NCBI GenBank assembly: GCA_963787205.1
Contig: CAWBCD010000023.1
Location: forward strand, 99,587 to 163,586
DNA length: 64,000 bases
Direction: 5' to 3'
Origin: an uncultured bacterium
GTDB lineage: Bacteria > Bacteroidota > Rhodothermia > Balneolales > DATFMH01
Shown: positions 30,301 to 40,069 of the stretch, piece after piece
Position numbering within the stretch: position 1 is the stretch's first letter
Layout of the letters: the number at the start of each line of letters is the position of its first letter
The notes under the pieces: model-generated
The model's input: the letters and a program-made list of their open reading frames with translations, nothing else
What the model was told of the DNA's origin: nothing
Database searches by the model: none
Position numbers and translations under genes: made by a program

Positions 30301-31245
30301 CGTTCGGTCAAACTTCCCTACAGAAGCTGGATGCAATACGGCTGTTATCTGAAGAACTGCAGTTATAATGTCCGCACAGATGTACTTTTCAGTGGTCGTG
30401 CGTCCGTCACTGATGGACATTTCAAAGCTGACTTCATTCTACCAAAAGATATTTCTTATTCGGGCCGGAGAGGCAGGATGACGTTCTATGCCACCTCCGG
30501 TACTGTTGATGCTTCCGGGGAATATGATCGCTTCACACTATCCGGGAAAAATCCAAATGCTGTCAATGATGATGCCGGTCCGGCAATCGCCATGTATCTC
30601 AATGATAAATCCTTCCTCAACGGAAGCCTTGTAAATCAATCACCCGAATTGGTGGTTAATCTCTCGGACCCGTCGGGTATTAATACTACCGGCAATGGAG
30701 TAGGCCATGATCTTACCGCTCAGTTGACAAGTCCTAACCAACCCGATCAGACGATCGTTCTCAACAATTTTTACACAAGTAATCTCAATAGTTACACAAG
30801 TGGAAAGATTCAGTACCGGTTCAATAATCTCCCGGAAGGAAACTATCACCTGAATCTAAGAGCCTGGGATGTGTATGATAATCCCTCGCAAACGAGTATC
30901 TCTTTTAAAGTGGCGAACAGTGACCATCTCACAATCCGTCGCGTTTATAACTTCCCAAATCCAATGAATAACGAAACCCGTTTTATTATTGAGCACAATG
31001 AGCCGGGCGTACCGTTGGATATTCATATCCGGATTTACACTCTAAGCGGACATCCAGTAGCGCATATCGACCGGGATGGCCTGATAACGGATGCTCCCTA
31101 TGCTAGTATTCAATGGTCGGGAAGGGACGACGACAACGACCGGCTGGCCACGGGAACCTACTTGTATACTGTTACTGTGAATGCCCAAACCGATTCCGGG
31201 AAACAATCCCAAAGCCGGATCGACAAATTGGTCATTATCCACTAG
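27310..31245 (+). CDS. porU: type IX secretion system sortase PorU
   Basis: C25 domain with YSGHGG and ATCSFG catalytic His/Cys, IFNEFSGG.PD, and a C-terminal YNFPNP...KLVIIH CTD. Confidence 0.93.
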   Translation: MSNTLFKYVWGVCLVLVSQLLNCVPLSAQGLRVDKVTSNYIEYVVENDSLNTGSPINFVIPYDKGSDSYQILNQSVVPVPVSKMTNPSQYKDNGNTNVLPLVQITRTGISRKQRVASIRINISRYRSTDQTVLITKFLRIRVERFGNQPLISERAPGMAEAQIQQTEDSPLATGKWYKIPFERNGIYRIDKQYLTNLGINVSSIDPRDIQIWGTNGYELPHPNADPRPSFAQIPIIVHGESDGKFDDSDYILFYGNSPNQNIFDTTTHYWHHKLNPYSTKNYVFLTIGSQAGERLHAVAASGSGSTITTFQDFLWKEDELHKSEASIKSGTQWLGQLFTNESFNNQQTIFNDTLPGLPATGPMQVLVQFAAKSQSTSYFSVNANGANLGQVSIAPILDYNGDTGYSAYESSMSRSLSNASFNNGIIKLDATFSSGSTSANGWLDWIELTVRRSLAAKNGRLLFYSPNNGQSSDLANYMLSGFSSQPVVMDVTNPVEPALLNVQQSGNDYSVDWHADSGRMLIAQTNYFTPEDGTEIANQNLHGITDYPDYIIVTAPEFLNEANEIADFHKKNDGFRPLVVTQEQIFNEFSGGVPDVSAIRDFMRYLYVRAGTDASRLPKYLLLFGNTTYDYKGIIKNAAEKNYVFTFESNESLQRINTYASDDYYGLLDQNEGAWSPNNTDELLDIGIGRIPVETQADAKAAVQKIETYSNPANNGDWKTLFTFAADDDYPNPLDNRDLHVLNADSTSVIVTNSDNGLHLNKIYEFSYPVENTTAGRRIPGATQAFINSVNNGELVLNYSGHGGDQVLSDERLFVSDYTNQFYNKNKLAIFVTATCSFGRYDDTDQQSGAEITQLYSDGGMIAAFTMTRVVYTSDNPYTLNFGINRIVTQYMSTRDEATGQPRRLGDIYRLTKITGIAGPSFNSRKFILLGDPGLRIGLPDKKIRLDQVNNVTQLSDTTINLRALDKVQIAGDVLNYDQSVATNFNGTVFVQVYDASRSVKLPYRSWMQYGCYLKNCSYNVRTDVLFSGRASVTDGHFKADFILPKDISYSGRRGRMTFYATSGTVDASGEYDRFTLSGKNPNAVNDDAGPAIAMYLNDKSFLNGSLVNQSPELVVNLSDPSGINTTGNGVGHDLTAQLTSPNQPDQTIVLNNFYTSNLNSYTSGKIQYRFNNLPEGNYHLNLRAWDVYDNPSQTSISFKVANSDHLTIRRVYNFPNPMNNETRFIIEHNEPGVPLDIHIRIYTLSGHPVAHIDRDGLITDAPYASIQWSGRDDDNDRLATGTYLYTVTVNAQTDSGKQSQSRIDKLVIIH

Positions 31246-31294
31246 AACGATGATTTTTCTAAATAAACAAAAACCAAGCAACAGCACACACATC

Positions 31295-32407
31295 ATGAAA
31301 ACGACAATAAAATATCTGCTTGCAATTTCTGCAGTGGTTCTGCTCAGCGTGCCTGTGATGGCACAAGTTAGTGCAACCGCCGTTCCTTTTTTGCAGATTG
31401 AGCCGGACTCACGCGGTGCCGGCATGGGAAATGCGAATGTGGCTATCGCAGATAACGCGTATGCCATCTTCTGGAATCCGGCAGGACTGGCCTACCAGAA
31501 GGGAAACCAGATAAGCATAACCCACTCTAACTGGCTGCCTAAATTCCATACCGACCTGTTCTACGACTACCTGGTTGGAAAGTACTACGTAGACGGCATC
31601 GGCACCTTCGGAGGCGGCGTCACATTCCTGAACTTGGGTAAACAAACCCGGACTGACGAACAAGGTAATCCGCTCGGTGACTTCCGCAGCTACGAACTTG
31701 CTGCCGGAATCTCCTACGGCTTTAAGGTCAGCAAGAACTTTGCTCTTGGTACCGGCATGCGGTACATCTACAGCGACCTGGTGCCGACCGGAACAGACGT
31801 AGGTGGTCAACAGGCTAAAAACGGAACAAGTGTTGGATTTGACATTGCCGGCCTCTACCGTACCGATGTCTTTCACGTATTGAACCGCCGCGCTCGATTC
31901 AGTGCAGGCGCTAACCTGTCGAATATCGGTCCTGCAATCCAGTACACCGATAACCCGCAAAAAGACCCGCTGCCGACGGAACTCCGTGTCGGGTGGGCGT
32001 ATACCATGGAACTCGATCAGGATGGCTATAATACGATCACAATCGCCAATGATATTTCCAAGATCATGGCACGCAAGGATACTACCGGGTACAGCAAGGG
32101 CATCCTTGATGGCATCTTCAATTCGTGGGGACCATACACCCGCTTTGACGGCCAAAACTATGTAACCCTCTCGCTTCTTGACCAACTCATGATCGGTACC
32201 GGACTCGAATACTGGTATAACAATCAGTTTGCGATAAGAACCGGATATTACTATGAATCACCGAAAAATGGTGGACGACAATACCTAACCTTCGGTGCCG
32301 GTTTGCGATATAATATATTTGGCGTAGATTTCAGCTACATTTACACCATTAAACAGGATAATCCGCTTGCGGATACAATACGATTTTCACTACTCCTGAA
32401 TTTTTAA
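31295..32407 (+). CDS. porV: type IX secretion system outer-membrane protein PorV
   Basis: TAVPFLQIEPDSRGAGMG, FWNPA, GLEYWY...RTGYYYE; follows porU; start set at MKTTIK. Confidence 0.92.
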   Translation: MKTTIKYLLAISAVVLLSVPVMAQVSATAVPFLQIEPDSRGAGMGNANVAIADNAYAIFWNPAGLAYQKGNQISITHSNWLPKFHTDLFYDYLVGKYYVDGIGTFGGGVTFLNLGKQTRTDEQGNPLGDFRSYELAAGISYGFKVSKNFALGTGMRYIYSDLVPTGTDVGGQQAKNGTSVGFDIAGLYRTDVFHVLNRRARFSAGANLSNIGPAIQYTDNPQKDPLPTELRVGWAYTMELDQDGYNTITIANDISKIMARKDTTGYSKGILDGIFNSWGPYTRFDGQNYVTLSLLDQLMIGTGLEYWYNNQFAIRTGYYYESPKNGGRQYLTFGAGLRYNIFGVDFSYIYTIKQDNPLADTIRFSLLLNF

Positions 32408-32432
32408 AGTATTAATTCACGTGACGGCTTGA

Positions 32433-35400
32433 ATGGGAAGTGCTTGGTTTTTGGGCAGAGGCAGGATTTCCATAGTTCTGCTCCTGCTTTTTTTTACTAT
32501 TACGAATGTACGGGCTCAGATAGTTCCTCATCTTGTCTATCAATCCCACCCTTACAAAGATGAAACGAACCAGACTATCAGAGGTACCGGCACACTCACT
32601 ATAGTGGCTGTAATGGTTGATTTTCAGAAGGACGATAATCCTTACACCAGTGGCAATGGATTATTTAACACGTCTATCGTCGATACCAATGCATCCAGTT
32701 ATTTTTCTGCCAAAGATGTAAAGATTGATCCTCTGCCGCATAACCGCGCATATTTCGAAGCACACCTCAAATTTGCGCAGAATTATTTCGAGACCGTATC
32801 AGGTGGGAAACTGAAGGTCAACTATATATTATTGCCAAAGGTCTATCAGCTTAATAATAAAATGGCAGCCTATAGTCCCCTTGGCAGCAACCCCGATTCA
32901 TCGGGGCAGGATTATAAGCTCACCAACCTGCTGAACGACACCTGGACTGCGGTGCAGCAATCCGGTGGTCTTGACACAAGCGGACTCGACCCCAATCACA
33001 CGATATTTGTGATTTTCCATGCAGGAACCGGCCGTGAATTTGATTTCCGGGGTACGGCTCTTGATCATACTCCACAGGATATCCCTTCTATTTTTCTTGA
33101 TCATAACACTATCTCGCGTCTACTCAAACAGCCCGGATTTGCAGGCTTTCCAATCGGTAACAGCGGTTTTCATATCACAAATTCTGCAATTATCCCTGAA
33201 ACGGAGTCACATCTTGCAACCGACATTACCGGAACGCGCTACCTGGTCGAATTCTCGATCAATGGACTTCTTTGTGCCACGATCGGCAACTACCTGGGTC
33301 TTCCCGACCTCTACAACACGAAAACCGGTAATTCCGGGATCGGTCAGTTTGGGTTGATGGATCCTTCGAGCTTCTTCGCATACCGTGGACTGTTCCCCCC
33401 GGAGCCGTCGGCATGGGAAAAAATCAGGCTGGGATGGGCTAACTCTTTTAATGTCTCTCTGAATGATTCGACACCAATAAAACTGCCGGCTTCTTCGCTT
33501 CACGAACCCAATAGTGTTGCGCGCTATGATATCTCACGGGATGAGTATTTCCTTGTTGAAAACAGATACCGTGATCCTTCCCAGAAAGGTCTTGATCTGA
33601 CAATCCAACAACCGGACGGCACCATAACCGTACAGCATTTCAACGATAATAACGCCTATTTCAATAACTCTTATCCGGATAGCATCATCGCTCAGATAAA
33701 GGCTGGTACCGTGATTGGCGTAAATGACTACGACTGGGCACTGCCCGGCGGAGTGGATGCGGGCCCGGATAATGAGGTGGGCACCAAAGATGACAGACTA
33801 TTGATGGGCGGGCAGCTGATCTGGCACATCGATGACGGCGTGATTCGCACCCAGGAAGCCAATGACGCCATCAATAACAACCCCAGCCGCAAAGGCGTAA
33901 ACCTGATGGAGGCCGATGGTTCGCAGGATATTGGCCGGAATATTCCAAACCTGTTTTTCCAGGATGCCGTCTCCGGTACAGCGTATGACTTTTGGTGGAA
34001 AGGGAACAATGCATCGGTCATCACCCAGGCTGGTGACACTCTCAAACTATACAAAAACCGATTTGCCGACGATACCCGTCCAAACAACCGAAGCAACACC
34101 GGAAGTCCGACTTTTTTTGAGTTTTATGATTTTTCAAACACCCAGTTAGTCGCCTCATTCAGAGCTAAACCGGCATCACCCGATTGGTTCAGCAAAGAGG
34201 CCTTGAATCCCTCCTCTCCTCTTCCCGATGGTACCGGGAATAATCCCAAAGGGAATAATGCTTACCCGCTGGGACTCCGGATTTATACCTCACCGACTGA
34301 CACCTTTTTGATCGTACCCTCATACAAATCAGTCTATGCCATTCGCTTATCTGGTAATCAAAAAGACGAGCTCACCGATTTTCAATTCCCTTACCCCTGT
34401 CAACCTCTCATTGACGGACAACTCGTTCTGGGAAGGGAATCAGGAACAGGCAATCATCCTGCCGAAGCCTGGAAACCGGCCAACGGACAGTGGTCGATGG
34501 TATGGGAAAATAAGGATGTCACATCGGTTCCGGCACTCATCAGCTCTGAAAATGGGGACACCCTACAGGTCGATCTTACCGGCAAAGGGATGCTCGCTTC
34601 GGATGGAAGCACCGTTATCAGAAACACCCAGGATCAGAGATCCAAAAAGATTAACAGGACATTTTCATCAATAGAAGATGGCACTCTGTCTCTCTCGGAT
34701 AACAGCTACAACGAAAGTCTGCCCAACAGTAACCGACTCTACAGTGGTGCTGTTCAAATTAATGCCACAACATCCGCTTTCTTCGCCTTGCTTGATAACA
34801 GCTTCCAGTATATAAGCCTGAAGCAGAACTCCGACTTGTTTCAATCGTCAAGAACATTGCAACCTGTCGAGGGAGTGTCACTGGGCTGGCCGGCCCTGAC
34901 CGATTTCAACGGCGACGGTACTATGGATCTGGTTTATGTAAACAAGACTGATAACACCCTGGAAGCCCTGAATCCGAACGGTTCTTTCTTGAATTCGTTT
35001 CCGTTGTCTGCTCCTGCCGGATCACATTTTGTCGGAACACCTCTGATTGTAAACCTGGATGGAAACAGTGGTTCTGATCTGCTTGTTGGAGCTACGGACA
35101 GCATCTCTTACGTTATTCATGGTTACAATCCTCAAATGCACGAACTTCCCGGTTTTCCACTCTATGTAGGAGGATTATCGGATTCCACCCATTCGCCGGT
35201 CGAACCTGTCTTTTTCAATCACACAGTATATGCAGTGAGTCCTGCCGGAGATATCAAGGCGTGGTCTTTCCCAAAATCTGTCGAGCCACTGTGGGGTTCG
35301 CTTTATGGAAACGGGAAATACAACAAAGTGTATTCTTTCGAGCTGGGAAAACCAGCCAGTACGGCGACAGCTGCCCTGTTAAACGTCAATGAAACATACA

Positions 35401-35654
35401 ATTGGCCCAATCCAGCTAATGAATTAACTCATTTACGCGTGCAGACCAGCAAAGCCGCTGATGTCACCATTACGATCATCACCATGACTGGCCGCATGCT
35501 CTATCAGAAACACTTACGAACCAGTGCAGGTGTTCCTTCCGAGATTCAACTGATGACCGGTCAGTGGGGCAGCGGTGCCTACTATGCCCGCGTTCATGCA
35601 ACAGATGGGTCTCGTTCTGGCAGTAAACTGGTTAAAATCGCTGTGATACACTAA
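32433..35654 (+). CDS. T9SS cargo protein with an M6 (immune inhibitor A)-like domain lacking HExxH, FG-GAP-like repeats and a CTD
   Basis: FHAG, LGLPDLY, SAWEKIRLGW, EYFLVENR, LIWHID, DFNGDGTMDL and YNWPNP...KIAVIH. Confidence 0.8.
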   Translation: MGSAWFLGRGRISIVLLLLFFTITNVRAQIVPHLVYQSHPYKDETNQTIRGTGTLTIVAVMVDFQKDDNPYTSGNGLFNTSIVDTNASSYFSAKDVKIDPLPHNRAYFEAHLKFAQNYFETVSGGKLKVNYILLPKVYQLNNKMAAYSPLGSNPDSSGQDYKLTNLLNDTWTAVQQSGGLDTSGLDPNHTIFVIFHAGTGREFDFRGTALDHTPQDIPSIFLDHNTISRLLKQPGFAGFPIGNSGFHITNSAIIPETESHLATDITGTRYLVEFSINGLLCATIGNYLGLPDLYNTKTGNSGIGQFGLMDPSSFFAYRGLFPPEPSAWEKIRLGWANSFNVSLNDSTPIKLPASSLHEPNSVARYDISRDEYFLVENRYRDPSQKGLDLTIQQPDGTITVQHFNDNNAYFNNSYPDSIIAQIKAGTVIGVNDYDWALPGGVDAGPDNEVGTKDDRLLMGGQLIWHIDDGVIRTQEANDAINNNPSRKGVNLMEADGSQDIGRNIPNLFFQDAVSGTAYDFWWKGNNASVITQAGDTLKLYKNRFADDTRPNNRSNTGSPTFFEFYDFSNTQLVASFRAKPASPDWFSKEALNPSSPLPDGTGNNPKGNNAYPLGLRIYTSPTDTFLIVPSYKSVYAIRLSGNQKDELTDFQFPYPCQPLIDGQLVLGRESGTGNHPAEAWKPANGQWSMVWENKDVTSVPALISSENGDTLQVDLTGKGMLASDGSTVIRNTQDQRSKKINRTFSSIEDGTLSLSDNSYNESLPNSNRLYSGAVQINATTSAFFALLDNSFQYISLKQNSDLFQSSRTLQPVEGVSLGWPALTDFNGDGTMDLVYVNKTDNTLEALNPNGSFLNSFPLSAPAGSHFVGTPLIVNLDGNSGSDLLVGATDSISYVIHGYNPQMHELPGFPLYVGGLSDSTHSPVEPVFFNHTVYAVSPAGDIKAWSFPKSVEPLWGSLYGNGKYNKVYSFELGKPASTATAALLNVNETYNWPNPANELTHLRVQTSKAADVTITIITMTGRMLYQKHLRTSAGVPSEIQLMTGQWGSGAYYARVHATDGSRSGSKLVKIAVIH

Positions 35655-38600
35655 TGCAACGTAAGCTCCGAAACATATTATTTTTAACACTCGGCTTAAC
35701 GGTATTTGTCGGATTATTGGGGCAACCTGCACAGGCGCAGGAGAGCCCGTATGATTACAGTTACCCATATAACAACCTGAAGTGGTACACGATACAGAGT
35801 CCTCACTTTTTGGTTCATTTTCAAAAGGGAAACAGCCGGTCGGCCCAGGTGGTGTCGCGGGTTGCCGAAGAAGTTTACGGACCCATCACCTCGCTTTACC
35901 ACCATAAGCCCGATACCAGGATCAGCATCGTCCTGCACGACCGGGAGGATTATTCAAATGGCGCCACCTACTTCTTCGACAACATGATCGATATTTGGGT
36001 CCCTGCGCTTAATATGCCTCTGAGAGGTACCCACGACTGGTTCCGGAACGTAATCACGCATGAGTTTACCCATATGGTTGAGATACAGGCGGCCATGAAA
36101 CGTAACCGGCGTGTTCCGGCGCTCTACCTTCAGTGGCTTTCTTATGAGAATGTCCGGCGTCCAGATGTCCTTTACGGCTATCCGAATGGTGTTATTACGA
36201 TACCTTTTGCAAGTGTCTCCATCCCCTCCTGGTTTGCCGAAGGCACCGCACAATTTCAGCGGGAAGGCCTTCATTACGATTTTTGGGATAGTCAGCGCGA
36301 CATGATCATACGCACCCGGGCACTGAGCAATAAACTGCTCTCCCTTGTACAGATGGGCACATTCAGCTCAAAAACGAGTATCGAACGGGAGGTGGTCTAT
36401 AACCAGGGCTTTGGATTTACCCGCTACCTTGCGTACCGGTTTGGTGAAAATGTACTCTACAAGATTACCCATGCCTTATCCGAAAAAGGGGTTAACGATA
36501 TATCCAAAGCTCTGAAAGATGCCACGGGAATCGACGGATATACGCTGTATAATCAATGGGTGGATACTCTTAGAAGTGGGTATCAGGATGCAATCCGCGA
36601 TCTGAAGTTCTCTAAAAGTGATACACTTGAAAAAGGTGGGTTTTATAATCTTTCCCCACAATTTTCACCGGGCGGCGATCGGCTGGCCTACCTGTCTAAC
36701 AAAGGCTTGGATACCTATAACGTGAGCCTGTATCTCCGGAATTTGTCCGACAGTTCCTCCTCTTCAATTCTGGCTGATGCCTTGCATCTCCAGGAGACAC
36801 GCGACAATACCGACTCCTACGGATACCCGATCCGCCCCAAAATAAAACCGGATGCCGCAAAATTTTCATTCTCCCCTGACGGTACGCGGATAGCTTACAG
36901 CCAGCATACCAATAACCCTTACGGTGAATATTATCAGGACATCTTCATCTATAACCTGAAGACACACAAGAAGCAAAGACTGACTCACAGTGCCCGTGTA
37001 AGTCAACCTAACTGGTCGCCTGATGGACGTTATCTCGTAGCTGTTCAACAGCACGATGAATCACTGAACCTCGTAATGCTGGATACCAAAACCGATTCAA
37101 TCCGAACTCTGCTGGCTTCAAATGATGGGGAACAATTCTATAACCCCGTCTGGTCAAAGGATGGCAAATCTATCTATTATGGCGCCTCGAACGAGGGATC
37201 CAGAAGCATCTACCGGTATGATATAAAATCGGGCAAGGCAACGCCCGTCCTTCTCAGCGATTCGAATGCACTGGATTACCGGGATCCCTGCCCGGGACCC
37301 GATGGCAAATATCTATACTATTCATCAAACCCGGATGACATCTTCAACATATACAGGATGAACCTCAAGACCGGCGAGAAGGAACAGATAACCAGCGTTT
37401 TAGGCGGTGCCTTTGAACCTACGGTCAACAAAAAAGGAGATCTGGCTTATTCGGAGTATATGGCCGATGGGTTTAAGATATCGCTCACTAAAATACCAAA
37501 AACCGATCCATCCTACGGAACATACCATAAACCGCCGCTCTCTCATGTAAGAACACCAGCAAATGCCAACTACACGTTTCTGAATCATTTTGATGATACC
37601 AGTTTGAAAACGTTGCCCAAAAATGTGATGGCAGTGGCGGATACCGGAATCTACAGGTTCAACATTGATACGCGCGGGGAAACCAATCATCGATCTCTCT
37701 ACTCCTATCACGACGTATTTACCTCGTTTAGCTTCTTCCCGGTATTACGATTTGACAACTATGCCCGGCCGAAAGGTCCAAATGGCAAGCTTATCACGCA
37801 CGGTGAATTCGGACGACTTGGTCAGAACCTGTGGCGTGACAGCAAGGTAGGTTTTTACATGTCATCTCATGACGTGCTGAACCGGTTTTCACTGTATGGC
37901 GGGGCACTCTTCGGCTTCGGATCGGTAGGAGCGTCGGGCATCGGAGACTTCTTCTCCCCCGCCAGGCTAATGGATCTGGACCGCGATCTTTTCCTCATTA
38001 CAGAATACAGGGGACTGCCATTCATCAAGAAAAGGTGGTCTCCGACAGTTTCCGTTGAACTTTACAGCCTCCGGCGAAATGTCAAAAACGGCTTGTCCAT
38101 CCAGGAATTTCCAAGTGTATCGGAGTTGCCCGACACTACAAAAGTGGATATCGCATACGATATCTGGGAAGCTGATTTTTATCTCCGCAGTAAAATCGAC
38201 CAGTGGAACATGGTTGAGTTAGGCGCCACTTACTCGCCATATACGGTTACTACCAAATCCTTCTATTCGAAAGAATACCAGTCCTATCTCTCCAGTAACT
38301 CATCACAGTATTACATTGGTGCCGGGCTGACCGCTGCGTATATTTTCGACCTCGATCAACCTTACCGGAATGACGACATCGCGCCCATCGGCATCAAAGG
38401 TGAAATCCGGTATCGGTACCAACCAAGCAAGCTGTTGAATAATTACGATATTAAAAATGGCGTCCTGTTGCCCAACTACAAGACCTACCGGAATCATTCG
38501 GTCGAGGCTAATTTGCGATGGGGTTTTCGTGCCCTGGGTGAGACCGTTGATCTGAAAACCCGGTTCTTCACCTACTTCAACAATCCGAATGATTACTTTT

Positions 38601-39025
38601 TCCAGGATTACATCGGTGGTTTTACTGGCATGCGCAGTTATCCTTATTTCGCAGTGGGTGGCAATACAACAGCCTACGCTACAGTGGCTTACAATGTTCC
38701 ACTCATAACCGGAATTAATAAACAGGTGGGACGTTATACTCTTGATAAATTATACGGACGGTTTTTCATGGAAGCAGGCAACGGATGGCGTGGACCCTTA
38801 GATATTGGCAACAACCTGAAAACAGGCATCGGTGCCGAACTGCGTTTAAGTATGAACTCCAGCTACTTGTTCCCTTCCAAGTTTTTCATCAGCGGTGCCT
38901 ACGGTTTAAACAAATTCAACGTAAATTTGCCTGATGGGTTTATCACCAATACCGGCACGAATAAGGTATCCTATGGGCATCGCGTACTCTTTTATTTCGG
39001 CATGCTTTTTGATTTTGATATGTAA
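35654..39025 (+). CDS. gluzincin peptidase + PD40/TolB-like propeller + C-terminal barrel protein
   Basis: HEFTH...WFAEGTA; repeated P.FSP.G/WSPDG; C-terminal beta strands ending FDFDM. Confidence 0.78.
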   Translation: MQRKLRNILFLTLGLTVFVGLLGQPAQAQESPYDYSYPYNNLKWYTIQSPHFLVHFQKGNSRSAQVVSRVAEEVYGPITSLYHHKPDTRISIVLHDREDYSNGATYFFDNMIDIWVPALNMPLRGTHDWFRNVITHEFTHMVEIQAAMKRNRRVPALYLQWLSYENVRRPDVLYGYPNGVITIPFASVSIPSWFAEGTAQFQREGLHYDFWDSQRDMIIRTRALSNKLLSLVQMGTFSSKTSIEREVVYNQGFGFTRYLAYRFGENVLYKITHALSEKGVNDISKALKDATGIDGYTLYNQWVDTLRSGYQDAIRDLKFSKSDTLEKGGFYNLSPQFSPGGDRLAYLSNKGLDTYNVSLYLRNLSDSSSSSILADALHLQETRDNTDSYGYPIRPKIKPDAAKFSFSPDGTRIAYSQHTNNPYGEYYQDIFIYNLKTHKKQRLTHSARVSQPNWSPDGRYLVAVQQHDESLNLVMLDTKTDSIRTLLASNDGEQFYNPVWSKDGKSIYYGASNEGSRSIYRYDIKSGKATPVLLSDSNALDYRDPCPGPDGKYLYYSSNPDDIFNIYRMNLKTGEKEQITSVLGGAFEPTVNKKGDLAYSEYMADGFKISLTKIPKTDPSYGTYHKPPLSHVRTPANANYTFLNHFDDTSLKTLPKNVMAVADTGIYRFNIDTRGETNHRSLYSYHDVFTSFSFFPVLRFDNYARPKGPNGKLITHGEFGRLGQNLWRDSKVGFYMSSHDVLNRFSLYGGALFGFGSVGASGIGDFFSPARLMDLDRDLFLITEYRGLPFIKKRWSPTVSVELYSLRRNVKNGLSIQEFPSVSELPDTTKVDIAYDIWEADFYLRSKIDQWNMVELGATYSPYTVTTKSFYSKEYQSYLSSNSSQYYIGAGLTAAYIFDLDQPYRNDDIAPIGIKGEIRYRYQPSKLLNNYDIKNGVLLPNYKTYRNHSVEANLRWGFRALGETVDLKTRFFTYFNNPNDYFFQDYIGGFTGMRSYPYFAVGGNTTAYATVAYNVPLITGINKQVGRYTLDKLYGRFFMEAGNGWRGPLDIGNNLKTGIGAELRLSMNSSYLFPSKFFISGAYGLNKFNVNLPDGFITNTGTNKVSYGHRVLFYFGMLFDFDM

Positions 39026-39061
39026 ATCGTACCATACCCTCATTCTCTATCCTGCTTCATT

Positions 39062-40045
39062 ATGAAAATGTCCAAACCTCTGTTTCCTTTTTGCTGCTTG
39101 ACAGTTGTTCTGTTACTATCGGGTAGCGTGGCAAGTGCACAATCGGTGGTTATAGAACATCAGGAAGCCCCGAAAAAGATACAACCAGGTGAGTTTTCGT
39201 ATGTAAACGCGTTTCCGTTTGATCACTTCCTGGGATTTCAACAGAAGGACAAACCACAAAAAAAATCGGGAAACTTCTTTGATGATATTGGAAAGGATCC
39301 GGGACTCTCATTTATTTCATCGGCACTGGTTCCGGGACTTGGTCAGGCAGCTCATCATCAATGGATTAAAGCAGGCATCTTTGCAGCTATTGAAGCTGTA
39401 ACCCTTTATTCTCACTTTCATTTGCATAATGAAGGCCACAGCCTCGAAGAACAATATATACAATATGCCGACAACAACTGGAGTGTGGTAAACTACGCCA
39501 CCTACCTTGTCAACTATCACAATCATTACTTTCCGAATGATAAGATCAGCCTGAACTCTCTGGCAAACCAGGGATATAACCTGACAACCGGGCCCGACTA
39601 CTCCCATCAGGATTGGCAACGCGTGAACCTGGAAAAGCTTCATCAGTTGGAAAACATAACTTACTACGATGGAACCTCGGGTGTACCGTTTTCACATAAC
39701 ATGCCGGACTATGGTTCACAACAATACTATGAACTGATGAGTAAATACTTTCAGTTTTCACCCGGATGGAAAGACTTTACTGATAAATATCCTATAGATA
39801 ATACGAGTGGCAAATTCACTCCACCATCATGGTCCCTGAATGATATGCCGGCACTTTTCCTTCAGGGAGCACGTATGGCCAACGAGTATAACAACAAATT
39901 CCGGATGGCAACAAACGTATTGACAATAACGATCATTAATCACTTTGTTTCTGCATTCGATGCATTCATCACAACTAAGCTTCGTGACCGTAATCTGCAT
40001 GTAGAAGCCGATGGAATGGGTGCAAAACTGGTTTATGGATTTTAA
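39062..40045 (+). CDS. hypothetical secreted/membrane protein
   Basis: Signal peptide, SALVPGLGQ motif, QQYYELMSKY.QF..GW, NHFVSAFDA. Confidence 0.7.
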   Translation: MKMSKPLFPFCCLTVVLLLSGSVASAQSVVIEHQEAPKKIQPGEFSYVNAFPFDHFLGFQQKDKPQKKSGNFFDDIGKDPGLSFISSALVPGLGQAAHHQWIKAGIFAAIEAVTLYSHFHLHNEGHSLEEQYIQYADNNWSVVNYATYLVNYHNHYFPNDKISLNSLANQGYNLTTGPDYSHQDWQRVNLEKLHQLENITYYDGTSGVPFSHNMPDYGSQQYYELMSKYFQFSPGWKDFTDKYPIDNTSGKFTPPSWSLNDMPALFLQGARMANEYNNKFRMATNVLTITIINHFVSAFDAFITTKLRDRNLHVEADGMGAKLVYGF

Positions 40046-40069
40046 CCGATCCTTATACGACATTACGGT

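Noticed and set aside
31409-32185. 258-aa antisense ORF, and similar ones at 569-1264, 26399-27070 and 42903-43670
   Set aside because: Shadows of well-supported genes on the opposite strand, with no recognisable motifs.
31295-32200. Apparently higher GC and C-ending codons in porV as a sign of horizontal transfer
   Set aside because: Not quantified; could reflect expression-linked codon bias, and the gene is in its usual position after porU.
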